From Diplonema japonicum (lineage: Eukaryota; Protista; Euglenozoa: Diplonemea): a DNA stretch of 64,000 bases. The notes below the pieces were generated by a model. That model did no database searches. It had not been told where the DNA came from and saw only the letters and a list, made by a program, of their open reading frames with translations. Positions 8,901 to 20,798 of this stretch are shown here, piece after piece. Each line of letters begins with the position of its first letter. Position 1 is the first letter of the stretch. A program made the position numbers and the translations under genes. Location of the stretch: positions 62,001 to 126,000 of the forward strand of contig OZ025752.1 in assembly GCA_964019335.1 (NCBI GenBank), written 5' to 3'.

Positions 8901-11594
8901 GCATGGGGAGGCAAACGGATTTCAAACAAAACTATTTAGTCGAAGAATTTTTTTACCTCCGCTCCACTCCCTCCCCCCCTTTTTTTTTTGCGGCTTTAGC
9001 TTTATCGTGTTTTTCTTTTCTTTTCCCCCCCCCTACAAGTACCTATTTTTTTTAACTATACACAAAGAAAATGATTCGATTTCCTTAACCTTACGAACGA
9101 GGCATAAGTTGCAATGAATTGTTTTCTCTTTTTTTTTTTCTCATTTTTTTTTGTAGGTGGAGGACGAGAACAAAGGAACGTCACTTTTTCTATTTTTTTT
9201 GTTGGAACTAGTAAACAACGTTTGAAAAGAACCCCCCCCTTTTTTTTGCAAAACCTATTTTCTCATAGAATAGAAAAAGAAAATGATTCGATTTCCTTGT
9301 AAATGTATATGCACAAGTCGCAAATGAATGAATTGTTTTTCTTACACCCCTCGTTTCTTTCGCCTTCTTTGAGGCATACACATGGCACTGTCATGGGTTT
9401 TCCGTTTTGTTTTCCAAAAAAAAAAAAAGAATAAACTATCCTTGAACCAAGGTTTTATCTCAATCTTTTGCTTTTTTATTTCTCCACATCTTTCCTCACT
9501 TTTTTTTTTCCTTTTTCAAATTCAATTAGAGTGGAACAAGGTTTCCTTTTTTTTTTTTTTTTTTTTTTTTTTATCTCCCTCCCTCTCCTCGCGACTCGTT
9601 TCGCCGAGCACACTGCAGAAATAATTTTTTGTTATTTTTTCGAGTCGAGTGCTTTTGCACGAAAACGGGGATCGTGGTTTTGAGGGGAAAGAAAAAAAAT
9701 TAAAACAAAAGAAAAGTTGAAGATTTATCCCTTGCTTGCTGCTCACTTCTTGAATGGCCATGGTGACAACTGCACCGCAAGTTTCCCCGTGATCACCTCT
9801 CAAAATTTTTCAAACTTGAAGTCTAAAAAAGTACGAAAATTTTCCTCCCACCACTCATTAATGAATTCCTCCCGCCCTGCTTTTTTTTTTTCTTTCTTTC
9901 TCTTTTCTTCTCTTTTTATTCCCACTTGCAACATCATTCCAGCTACCTACCCCAATAGAAACAATAAAGAAAAGTAAATTTTTATTTAAAAACTACAACA
10001 ACAACAACAACAACAAAGTATGGATCAATCGGTACTTTGTCAGAAGTACGAGCAAGGGGTGCGCCTCGGGTCTGGCGGACAAGGGTCGGTGTACAAGGCG
10101 GTGAGGAGGGTGGATGGAGGTATCTTTGCGATGAAGGTGTTGAAGGCGTTCGCAGAAGAGGTGCACAAGAAAAACGTGGAGGAGGTGCAGCACATGCTGA
10201 AGCTGAAGCACAGGAACCTGGTTCCCTGCCTTGACTTCTTCGAGACGACAAAGCAGCTGGCAAAGGAATCCCTTGAGAAGGTGTGGCAGGTCCACATCGT
10301 GATGCCCCTGTATGGGAAAGGGGACCTCTGCTCATTCGTCGAAAAGGAGGGACCTCTCTCTCCGGAGAGGGCGGACAGGCTCTTGCGGGAGATGGGAGGG
10401 GTCCTTCAGTACATTCACGGTGAGGGCTTCATCCACAGGGACGTGAAACCCCAAAATATCATGGTGTCGGGGAAGGGACCTCTTTCTGCGGCCAGTGTCG
10501 TTGGGGACGGCGGGGGTGAGGCAGAGTTCATCCTGGCCGACCTGGGACTGTCGAAGGAAGTGTCCTCCGGTGGGGTAGCGAGCTCCTATTTAGGCACACC
10601 AGCTTACATGGCACCCGACTTCTCAAAGGACAGCTACACCAACAAAGTAGACATGTGGGCCCTCGGGGTGACTGTGTGCAACGTGGTGCTCGAAGAAGAC
10701 CTGAGGGATCTCTTTCTGCGGTACCTGCATTTTAACCGGGAGCTTGTGATGGAGAAGCTTCAGACCCACCTCCCCCCTGCCCTCTGGAGGGTTGTGGTCC
10801 GCCTCCTCTCCATCAACCCTTTGGAACGCCCCAGTGCACAGGAGATGCTGCAGACAGGACCGCCTGTGATGGTTCCTCAGCCGACTGGAATAGCTCTTCT
10901 TGCTTTTGGGAGTGTTGGTGGAGTGGAGAGGAAGAAGAAGCTCTGCGTGGCAGTGGGAGCAGGAGCGGAGGAGGTTCGGGTGGCGGCAGCAAAGGCCTTC
11001 TCTTCGGGGGGGCAGGAGCTCCTCAGGGTGCTCTGGTTGGAGGTCTTCGACAAGGACTTCGGGGAGTTCGTGGAGCAGGAGGACGGGGACATGGTGTTCG
11101 AGGACAAGGGACGGGTCCGTGTCGTGTTTGAAGCACCGCTCCCGACCACCACTTCTTCAATCACCAGTGGCGGCAGCAACATGCACCCACCAGCAGCAGA
11201 AGCGTTCCCGACCACCACTGAGGCTGAACAAGGAGTTGAAGCGCTCCCGACCACCACTTCTTCAACCACCAGTGGCGGCAGCAACATGCACCCACCTGCT
11301 TCGAACAGCACGACCCTCACAAAAGAGGAGGGGAGGCTTGCCTTGGTCAGCGCTGTTTCAAAAGGAGACCTTGAGGAGATGAGGGATCTTGTTCTGGAGC
11401 GGGGTGTCGACCCTGGTGCTGCGGACAGCAATGGTTTCACAGCCCTGCACTATGCAGCTCGCGAAAACAACTGTGTCGAGGCTGTGGCTGCTCTCGTCTA
11501 TTCTTACCACCAGGACCCTGGTGTCAGAACCAACGCTGGTTGGACACCAGTCCATGAAGCAGCAAAGAACGGAAACTTTGAAGCAGTTAAATAT

Positions 11595-11629
11595 CTCATC
11601 AAGATTTCATTCCCGGAAAAAAAAAAAAG

Positions 11630-11661
<32 letters not shown>

Positions 11662-11666
11662 ATCAA
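11595..11666 (+). mobile_element. Short poly(A)-tailed insertion with 8-bp TSD
   Basis: ctcatcaa (11595-11602) - gatttcattcccgg - A-tract - ctcatcaa (11659-11666). Other ankyrin repeats carry a single ctcgtcgaa at this position. Confidence 0.85.
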
Positions 11667-11762
11667 AACTCGCGGTCAAGACGCAGGTGTCAAAAACAAC
11701 AAACGGTTGGACACCGGTTCATGAAGCAGCACGGTCCGGCCACCTCGAGATAGTTAAAATAT

Positions 11763-11811
11763 CTCGTTGAAAGGTGAGGTGCGGCATCACGCACTCTTTC
11801 CGTCTCATACA

Positions 11812-11849
<38 letters not shown>

Positions 11850-11856
11850 GTTGAAA
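11763..11856 (+). mobile_element. Short poly(A)-tailed insertion with 10-bp TSD
   Basis: ctcgttgaaa (11763-11772) - 40-nt body containing the hairpin gtgcg/cgcac - A-tract - ctcgttgaaa (11847-11856). Confidence 0.85.
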
Positions 11857-12024
11857 CTCTCGGTCAAGATGCAAGTGTAAAAGGCAACAACGGCTGTACA
11901 CCGGTTCATGGTGCAGCACTGTACGGCCACCCTCGAGATAGTTAAATATCTAGGTATCAAATGCAAGGCAGGTTTGACACCGGTCAGTCGACAGTTTCAT
12001 ATCTCAAAAAAGCTCTCTTGTTAA

Positions 12025-12267
12025 TGCGGTCGATCAGCTGAAGTCCGGGCATCAGGAGCTGGAAGACTACACTCGAACCTCCTCCTGAAATGCCCTGTAA
12101 CAAAGCGGCCAGGGCGAAGCACTTCGACACCCTGATGCTAAAACACATCCTTGGGAAAGACCCCCCGAAAAGCGATCCTTCCTTGAAGAGACCGAAAACC
12201 TACCCCACCACAGCAACTGACTAACCCGCCGACGTAACAAAGTCGAATTGGGCGAATTGAAAGTGTG

Positions 12268-12300
<33 letters not shown>
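12025..12300 (+). mobile_element. Degraded 3' end of an Ingi/I-like LINE
   Basis: Homologous to ~34390-34710 (atcagctgaagtccgggcatca...cacttcgacaccctga...gactaacccgccgacg...gaattgaaag), followed by an A-tract. Confidence 0.8.
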
Positions 12301-12302
<2 letters not shown>

Positions 12303-14619
12303 GTAAATAGTTTCGTGCACCTCTATTCTCTTTTTTTTTATTCGACTTTCTGTTTTCGTCTGCATTATTTATCCCTTTTCACCTGTTTTTTTTTTTTTTT
12401 TTTTTTTTTTTTGACGGCGACCAAGCTGAAAGGACTGAGAGAAGATTACCGGAAAGAAAGGATTGGAAGATATAAACGACAGCTAGGCACTACGGTGGGT
12501 AGCAGGGAACGACCCCAAAAGGGGAGCATCATAAGGTAGGCACGCCACCGCGGCGGGCCGTTGCTAACCACTTCGTTCCTATCATAGTGAATTTTTTTTT
12601 TTTTCGCTTTTTATTCTCACTTGCAATATCATTTTCAGCCACCTCTTTCATAGTTTAATAGTTTCACGGGTAGTAGTTAGGCTTTGGGTGAGCCACTTTA
12701 GCAAGTCGAGGAGGAAGTGGAATCTAAAAATCAGAAAAAAGAAATATGGAAACGGAAAAAAAAAAAAAAAAATGCTATTCGTAGGTGTTGCTACCTCCGG
12801 GCAATCAGCCATGAGAAATGGATGAAGGTGGCAATGGTGGGGATTATAGAAAACGGGACGGAGGGCAGCAAGTGGATGGAAGCCGCTCACCGCCGTGTTA
12901 TCCAGAATACATAGAATACATAAACACTTGACAGAAGCAGTCAATCGAAATGCCTGAAGAATAGATCCTGTTCCTCCACAAAGCTTTGGCAAGAAAAAGG
13001 GCCCTTCAGGTTGGCACCCACAACCCCCCAGCTGCCGCCGCTATGTGGCTCCCGATCCCCAGCATGCACATTGGTTCGTTCGGCGCATTCGACGGCACTG
13101 GTCAAGCGACTGGCACCTTCCGAAGAAGGGCCTCCCACGTCCGCCGGGTTGAGCAGAGGATGCCCCGGGACGGCCGTTCCAGCCTGATCATGTCGCATTA
13201 TAATATATTTCTCATCTTCTAGAAGAAAATGAGGTTTTTGCCCTCGTAGCTCGTCGGGCCAGCACTCTTACTTGCGTAACATCTTCGTGGTCTTTGGTAT
13301 GGCGCTGCCTGACGTTGTGCCATTGCAGCGTCGAGAAGAACAGCCAGTCAGTCGCCATGGAGTAGTGATCCTTTAAGGCTCTTCTATCTCCATGCCGCGT
13401 GTACTGTTGCTGTCTCTCGACGTCTGGGCACACGCCTTCCTTTCGCTTCTCCTTGTCGCCGTCGTGGGTGGGTGAGGCATGACTTCTAGCTCCTCCGTCC
13501 GCAGGTTCTGTCGTTTCCGATGGTGGGGCCGAGGTCGGGCCGGTCGTCGCCGCCGGTCAAGTCTATGACCACCCTCTCATGTCCCTGTGACTCATCGTCC
13601 GTCTCCTTCGTGCAAGTTGAGTCACCGGTTACGTTGCACTCGCAACGGTACGCAGAATCTGAGAGTTCACACCTACAGTGCTTTTGAGCAGTATTGCAAG
13701 CACGGGGTCAGAGTCGCGGTTGGCTTCTGTGCGGCACCGGCGATTCAGACCTCCCGACATTTTGAGGGGTTAGGGGGGGCTGTGGCATGCCCCAAGCAGC
13801 AGAGGCGGGACGTTGGTTGATGACTGCAGCAGAGCGCGGAATCAACGTGGTACTGTGGGTAGGGCAGGCACATGAGAAAGGTCATGCAACTGCTCGGCAC
13901 CTTTAGCTGTATGCGTCTCGCGGCTACCTTTCAGGTAGTTCCGAGGAGAGAAGTAAGCACTTTGAAGGGGTCGGACCCTTTAGACAGTGCAGCACAGAAC
14001 GTTGTTGCGGATGTTACAATGGACACTGCCTGCTTAATTCCTGGTACGTGGGAGGCTCCTCTTGAGGATGTCAGTCACCTTTTTCCTTTTTTCAACTCTC
14101 TGTTTTCGTATGCAGTATTTATTCTTTTCCACCCCTTTTTATCTATTTTTTCGCTTCTCTATTCTAACTTAAAATCATTTCAGCTGCCTGACGAGACGCC
14201 AGCAGCCTCCCAAGCCCTTGCAGCTTACGAAAAAAAAAGGCATGAAAGAAATCTTCGCACGATTTGGCATGTTAAGATTTCCGAAGTGCTCTAAGCCGCT
14301 CCCTCCTTTCCATGTGGCAGGCCCCCCCCAGCCCAAATAAGTACAACCCAAATAAGTTTATTCCAAATAATTCTTTTTTTTTGGAGCCCAAACACCCCCC
14401 CTCCACTGCCCAAATAAAGGGATTATTCGGACCCCCCCTTTTATATTTCTTTTTTTTTTTTTCGGGGCAGCAGGACACCTTGGGCATGCCTGCCCAGGTG
14501 CTCCCAGGTGAGCGACGACACCTCCCCTTAAGCGAGTCAGGGGGTCTGTTTTGTGTGCCGTGAGGTGAAAATATTCCCTAATGGCGGTGAACAAACCTCT
14601 GCTATGAGACGAGGGCCTT

Positions 14620-14932
14620 TGTGTGCCTTTTTTAAGGGGGAAAAATGTTTTGTGTGAAATAGAGGAGGAGGGGGGGGGGAGCCTGTCTGAGAATACGGAA
14701 CTACCTCACCCCCATCCAGTCGTCCAGAGAAGAAAAAAAAAAGCGGGGGTTTTCGTCTTCAGACTTTGGTTTTCTCTCTCCCCCCTCTTTTTATTTCTTT
14801 TCTCGTATTTTTTTTTCCTCCTTGTCATTGTTTCCCTGGCTCTCGTTGTTGTTTGTGTGTTGCTTTTTTTTTTCTTTTTTCTTATTATGTGGTATGCTTT
14901 TTTTTACTTATGTGTGTATGTGTGTGGTGTGC

Positions 14933-14983
<51 letters not shown>

Positions 14984-15200
14984 CGGTTGTGGAAAGATGA
15001 AGAAAGGGGGAAAAAAAAGAGAAAAAAGGGAGCCTGTCTGAGAATACGGAACTACCTCACCCCCATCCAGTCGTCCAGAGAAAAAAAAAAAAAAAAAAAA
15101 AAAAAAGCGGGGGTTTTCGTCTTTCAGACTTTGGCTTTCTTTGCCCCTCCTATTTCTTTCCTCCTATTTTTTTTTCCCTTCTTGCCGTTTGTGTTTTTGT

Positions 15201-15244
<44 letters not shown>

Positions 15245-16060
15245 GAAACATGCTTTTTTTACTTATGTGTGTGTTTTGTGTGGCGTGCCTTTTAAAAAAA
15301 AAAAAAAAAGAAAAAAAAATACAAATACTTTTTTGTGGAAAGATGAAGAGTGGGGAAAGAGGGGGGGAAAAAAATGAAGAAAAAAAAATCACCTGTCTGA
15401 GAATACGGAACTACTTCACCCCCATCCAGTCGTCCAGAGTATAAAAAAAAAAAAAAAAAAAAAAAGCGGGGGTTTTCGTTTTTCAGACTTTGGCTTTTTT
15501 TTTTTCTTTCTTTCTTCTTCTTCTCTTCTTCTTTCTTCTTCCTTCCTTAGAAACCAATTGATGAAGTATGCGTTGGGGCTGTCCTCTTGGGTGCGAATGG
15601 GTGTTGCCTTCCCCTCCCACCTTTTTTTTGGGGGGGGGGGTAGAACTGGCTCACAGAGAAGGACGTATTCTGAAGTGCACAGCAAAGCAACCCGCACACC
15701 GAAATTTATCAAAATCTTTTTTTTATGTGTGGAATGCTTTTTTACTTATGTGAACCTTTTGTGTGGTGTGCCTTTTAAAAAAAAAAAAAAAAGAAAAAAA
15801 AAAAACTTTTGTGGAAAGATGAAAAGGGGGGAGAGAGGGGAGGGGGCAAAAAAAAAAAAAAGGGAGGGGGAAAAAAAAAAGGGAACGTCTGAATTGACGA
15901 AACTACCTCACCCCCATCCAGTCGTCCAGAGAAAAAAAAAAAAAAAGCGGGGGTTTTCGTTCTCAGATTTGCCTCTTTTTTTTCTCTCTCTTTTTTTTCT
16001 CTTTTTTTTTCCTCTCTTTTTTCAGGCGTCCTGTCACATACCGCAGGTACCCTTAAATGT

Positions 16061-16092
<32 letters not shown>

Positions 16093-16509
16093 CAATCCTG
16101 GTACTCATATGTGTATGTTTTGTGTGGTGTGCCTTTTAAAAAAAAAAAAAAACGAGGAAAGACGAAGAGGGGAGGGGGAGAAAAAAAAAGGGGGAACCTG
16201 TCTGAGAATACGGAACTACCTCACCCCCATCCAGTCGTCCAGAGACAAAAAAAAAAGCGGGGGTTTTCGTCTTCAGATTTGCCTCTTTTTTCTTCTCCCC
16301 TTCTCTCTTCTTCGCCTCCTTACCAATGGATGAGCTAGCACTGAGACTGTCCTCTTGGATGCGGAGTGTGCCTTTCCCCACCTTTTTTTTTGAGGGGGTT
16401 TGGTGATTGCTAACCACTTCGATTCATTATCATGGTGAATTTTTTTTTTAAATTATTTTACATGTGGTATGCTTTTTTTACTCATATGTGTACCTTTTGC
16501 GTGGTGTGC

Positions 16510-16543
<34 letters not shown>

Positions 16544-17271
16544 AGGGAACCTGTCTGAGAATACGGAACTACCTCACCCCCATCCAGTCGTCCAGAGACA
16601 AAAAAAAAAAAAAAAAAAAAGCAGGGGTTTTCGTTTTCAGATTTGCCTTTTTTTTTTCTTTTTTTTTTCTTCTTTTCTCCCTTTCTTTCTTCTCCGCCTC
16701 CTTACCAATGGATGAGCTATTCCTTGAGACTGTCCTCTTGGATGCGGAGTGTGTCTGCCTGGGGTTCCTTCCAGGGTTGGTGATTGTTAACCACTTTGCT
16801 TCATATCATAGTGAATTTCCTTTTTTTTTTCTTCTTCTTTTAATGTGTGGGATGCTTTTTTTACTTATGTGTGTACCTTTTGTGTGGTGTGCCTTTTACA
16901 AAAAGAAAGTTTTTTTTTTTTTTTTTTTTTTTTTGGAAAGATGAAGAGGGGGGGAGAGAGGGGAAAAAAAAAAGGGGGGAGCCTGTCTGAGAATACGGAA
17001 CTACCTCACCCCCATCCAGTCGTCCAGAGAAAAAAAAAAAAAAAAAAAGCGGGGGTTTTCGTCTTTCAGACTTGCCCCCCATTTTTTTCTTCCTCTTCTC
17101 CTTTTCTTTCTTCTTCGCCTCCTTACCAATATGCCATGCATCGAGGCTCTCTGTAGCGGTGGGTGTGTTTTCCTCCCACCTTTTTTTGGGGGGTTTTTTT
17201 TTTTTTTGGCAACTGTTTACCACTTTGTTACTTATCATAGTGAAAAAACTTTTTTTTAAATGTGTGGAATG

Positions 17272-17312
<41 letters not shown>

Positions 17313-17530
17313 ATGTGCGTATGTTTGTGTGGTGTGCCTTTTTTTTCCAAAGAAAACGATACATGGAGAGATGAAGAGGGGACTGAGATAGAGGGGTAAG
17401 CGGGAAAAAAAAAAAAAAAAAAAAAAAAAAGGAACCTGCCTGAAAATACGGAACTACCTCACCCCACATCCAGTCGTCGAAAAAAAACAAAACAGAAAAA
17501 AAAAAGCAGGGGTTTTCGACTTCAGACTTT
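14620..17530 (+). repeat. Tandem array of 8 units (~310-490 bp period), each with a conserved hairpin-forming core; candidate ncRNA cluster
   Basis: The core cctgtctgagaatacggaactacctcacccccatccagtcgtccaga-(A)n-gcgggggttttcgtcttcagac starts at 14682, 15033, 15392, ~15887, 16197, 16550, 16982 and 17435. Spacers share gtggtgtgcctt and gtggaaagatgaa blocks. Confidence 0.9.
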
Positions 17531-17727
17531 TCCTTCTTTTTTTTTTTTTTTTTTTTTTTTTCCCAAGCGGGACATCCCTTTATGACTGCAAAACTTTATC
17601 GATTTTCTTTTTTTTTTCACTCTCCTTCTTAGTAAAAAAAAATTTTTTTTTTTGTCCACACTTTTTCTAACTCCCATTTTTTTTTTTTTTTTTTTTTCCT
17701 TCCATTTGAAACACCAAATCCAAGGGC

Positions 17728-17754
<27 letters not shown>

Positions 17755-17758
<4 letters not shown>

Positions 17759-18725
17759 GGAAAAGATGCTACTTTGATATTTCCGTGGGTGAGACACCAG
17801 AAGGCAGGGTTGTGATAGAGCTCTTCGACGATGTGGCCCCTAAGACGGCCGAAAACTTCCGCGCCCTGTGCACGGGCGAGAAGGGCGGAATCCCGGAACA
17901 CGAAGAGATAAAAATGCATTATAAAGGAAGCAAGTTCCACAGAGTCATCCCTGGGTTCATGTGCCAGGGAGGAGACTTCACAGCCGGCGACGGCACCGGA
18001 GGATGGTCAGTATTCGGTGAAAACTTCGATGATGAAGAGTTCGTAAAAACCCACTCCGGACCGGGCATCCTCTCCATGGCAAATGCCGGCCCTAACACAA
18101 ACTCATCCCAATTCTTCATCACCACTGTTGACTGCCCCCATCTCAACGGCAAACATGTTGTCTTTGGAAAAGTAATCAAGGGAATGTCAACCGTCAGAAA
18201 AATGGAGCTCACACCCACCAAGAAATATGACGTTCCTGAAAAAGATGTCACAATCACAGATTGCGGTACCCTGGAAGACGGTGAAGCGGACGGAGTTGCA
18301 TCCGATCCTTCTGATCAATATGAGGAATTTCCGCAGGACTGCACACCCGCCTTGACCGAGGAGGAGAAGGTGAAGGCCGGCGACGCCGTGAAACTTCTTG
18401 GAAACAACCATTTCAAAGCGAAGGAATTCCCGCAAGCTATCGCAAAGTACCAGAAGGCCAACAGGTACCTTTCTGCCGTCATACCTACGGACAGTAACAA
18501 GGCTGAGATTATCAAGCAGCAGATTGCTTGTTTCTCCAATATGGCCCAATGTTACCTGAAGTTGTCGAAGTGGCTCGAGGCCAAGAACGCCACTGCAGGG
18601 GCGATGAAACTGGAAACTGGTGACACCAACGCAAAAGTTGTCTTCCGGCATTCGCAAGCCCTCTTTGAGCTTAACCAGCTGGAGGAGGCGAAAACCTTCG
18701 CTACCAAGGTATTAAAGGGGAAGGG

Positions 18726-18783
<58 letters not shown>

Positions 18784-18912
18784 CAGGCAAAGGAGCTCTC
18801 TCCCGAGGACAGTGGTCCCAAGGATCTTCTTGCGAAAATTGCGGCAAAGAGCAAAACGCTTAAGGACAAGAGGAAGGCAGCGGTGAAGAAGTGGCTTTCT
18901 TCTGAGGAGTAG
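17755..18912 (+). CDS. CYP40: Cyclophilin-40 (PPIase + TPR), join(17755..18708,18787..18912)
   Basis: Motifs [47 protein letters not shown] and [10 protein letters not shown], plus three TPRs. Removing the intron restores the TPR segment ...FATK|AKELSPED. Confidence 0.93.
18709..18786 (+). other. GT-AG intron with an internal poly(A) tract (78 nt, phase 0)
   Basis: aag|gtatt...(A)n...acccag|gca. It interrupts a TPR helix with in-frame poly-Lys. Confidence 0.9.
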
Positions 18913-19353
18913 AGTGAGTGAAGCGAGAGTTTAAAAAAAAAAAAAAAAAGACTTGTTGGTTTTTTTTTTTTTTTCCTTTGCCTTTTTTTTTTTAATCACT
19001 TTTTTTTATTTTCTTATCTTAAACAAAGTGTGTTGCTTCTCCCTTCTTCCCCCCCCCCCCCCCAGCTTTCCATAGTTTTTTAGAAGAAAAAAAAAAGCGG
19101 GAATTATTTATTTCCCCATCTCCCCCCCTTTTTTTTTGCTCCTTTTATTTTTCTCTTTTAAAAAAAATGACCGATCTTGCAAAAAAAAAAAGAAATATTA
19201 TAGTTTCCCCCAATCCCATTACCACCTCAATTTTTTTTTTATTGGTTCTTCTTTTTCTTTTTTTTTTTCCCCCCGGCTCTTTTCTTTTTTGCCCCCCCCC
19301 CTAAATTTCCGTGCAAAGGGGGTTAAAAAAGAAAAAGAAAAAGAAAAAGAAAA

Positions 19354-20511
19354 ATGGCGTCTTTTTCAGACAGGCTAAGCGCATTAAAAGCACAGGTAGG
19401 GACCAAACGCAAAGCAGCAGCGAGCACTGCAGAGGAGCAACGGAGGAAGAAGATCCTGACGGTGAAGAAGCTGAAGGGGGACGAGGCACTTCGGAAAAAA
19501 CGAGAGGAGGTGGAAAGCCAACAAAAAAAAACGGGTATATGGGCAGTCCTGAAAACAGGCATGAAAATGGAATGGCCCGTGGGCAAGGCAAAGCTGCAAA
19601 ACAACCTCCCCACACACAAAGGCAGTCACCACTCCACCTGGATAGTTGACGTCGCGTCCGAGGGGACCTTCCACGCTAGGATACTAAATGAGGAGTTCGA
19701 AAAAAAAAGCACGCGAGAAATTCGAAAAATTCTGAACCATTCCATCGCAAGGGAGCACACCATTCAAACCCTGGTGGGCCGCACCGGAATCGGGTTTCGA
19801 ACCGCATTTTCTCTAAAAGAATTTAACTGCATCATCCACCACAAATCAACAGAGAGCGATCTGAAAAAATGTGAAGAAAGTGATGTTCAGGGTAAAATTG
19901 CATTATTTTCAAGCGTGTTGAAGAAGCTTCACGGTACAGAAGCGCCTGCTGCCTTGAACGGGCACAGTTGGAATGTTTTTACAGGGATTGAAGATTTAGT
20001 GAGCTGGATTAAATCTGAAGGGAAGCCCCTTCCAATTGGGGAAAGATTTCAGGAAATCGAAACGCTGATTTCACAGTGGCGGGAAATTCTGAGCGCGCAC
20101 CATCCTGACGGCCTGTCAAAATCTTACGTTTGCCACAATAATCTCCGTGCCGCCGATCTTTTTTCTTCAACGTCCTCTTCACGAATCTTTATTACAGATT
20201 TTTCGTACGCCGCGTTGGGTGACCGCTACTACGACCTTGCACAGTTCGCACGTTTGAACAAACTGTCCTCTTCGCAAAACATAATTCTCCTCAAATCGTA
20301 CTTTGGGGATTATCAGCAGCGGCAGTTAGCTTGTTTCAGCCTTCTCTCATGCTTAGGTAAGCTCTTTGAAGGCCTGCAGGAGTACGTGTGTGGTGAAATC
20401 GACGGCTCGAAGGAAGTTATGCAAAATGGCGCGGCAAAGGTGGGAAAATTCTTGGAGGAAGCTAACGATGAGACACTGGTGAAGCTGGTGGGGGAGGAGT
20501 TGATGAAATGA
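19354..20511 (+). CDS. Choline/ethanolamine kinase-like (APH-family) protein, possibly a pseudokinase
   Basis: VCHNNLRAADLF and IFITDFSYAALGDRYYDLA resemble the family motifs CHNDL...N and IDFEYA...RxFDL. The N-terminus is basic and coiled-coil-like. Confidence 0.7.
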   Translation: MASFSDRLSALKAQVGTKRKAAASTAEEQRRKKILTVKKLKGDEALRKKREEVESQQKKTGIWAVLKTGMKMEWPVGKAKLQNNLPTHKGSHHSTWIVDVASEGTFHARILNEEFEKKSTREIRKILNHSIAREHTIQTLVGRTGIGFRTAFSLKEFNCIIHHKSTESDLKKCEESDVQGKIALFSSVLKKLHGTEAPAALNGHSWNVFTGIEDLVSWIKSEGKPLPIGERFQEIETLISQWREILSAHHPDGLSKSYVCHNNLRAADLFSSTSSSRIFITDFSYAALGDRYYDLAQFARLNKLSSSQNIILLKSYFGDYQQRQLACFSLLSCLGKLFEGLQEYVCGEIDGSKEVMQNGAAKVGKFLEEANDETLVKLVGEELMK

Positions 20512-20746
20512 TCACATCATTTTTTTTTTTTTTTCTTTCTTGCATCGTTTGATTTCCATACACCAACATCGCTTGACACGGTATCGCAGCTTTAGGTTTC
20601 TTTTGCTCGAGTCTGGTAGTCCGAAGTAATAGTTTGCTACAGCGCCACTTGATATCATATTGTAGCGGCTCGTTTAGTGAGTCGGCTTACCTTTAAAAAA
20701 AAAAAAAAAAAAAAAAAAAAGGCGGGGGTGGTACACACATTCACAC

Positions 20747-20791
<45 letters not shown>

Positions 20792-20798
<7 letters not shown>

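Larger units (their letters stand above)
10020..11985 (+). pseudogene. Near-identical duplicate of the kinase-ankyrin gene, disrupted in the ankyrin array
   Basis: Near-identical to 3287-4860 up to ~11594. It then has two A-tailed insertions, several 1-nt frameshifts and a truncation. The kinase domain itself is intact. Confidence 0.85.

Noticed and set aside
13838-13860. Ingi/L1Tc Pr77 HDV-like ribozyme (tcaacgtggt)
   Set aside because: Only 10 nt match, and the P1/P3 pairing partners are missing.
14682-17527. CRISPR array or spliced-leader RNA array
   Set aside because: Spacers are long and homologous to each other, there are no cas genes, and I see no similarity to euglenozoan SL exons.
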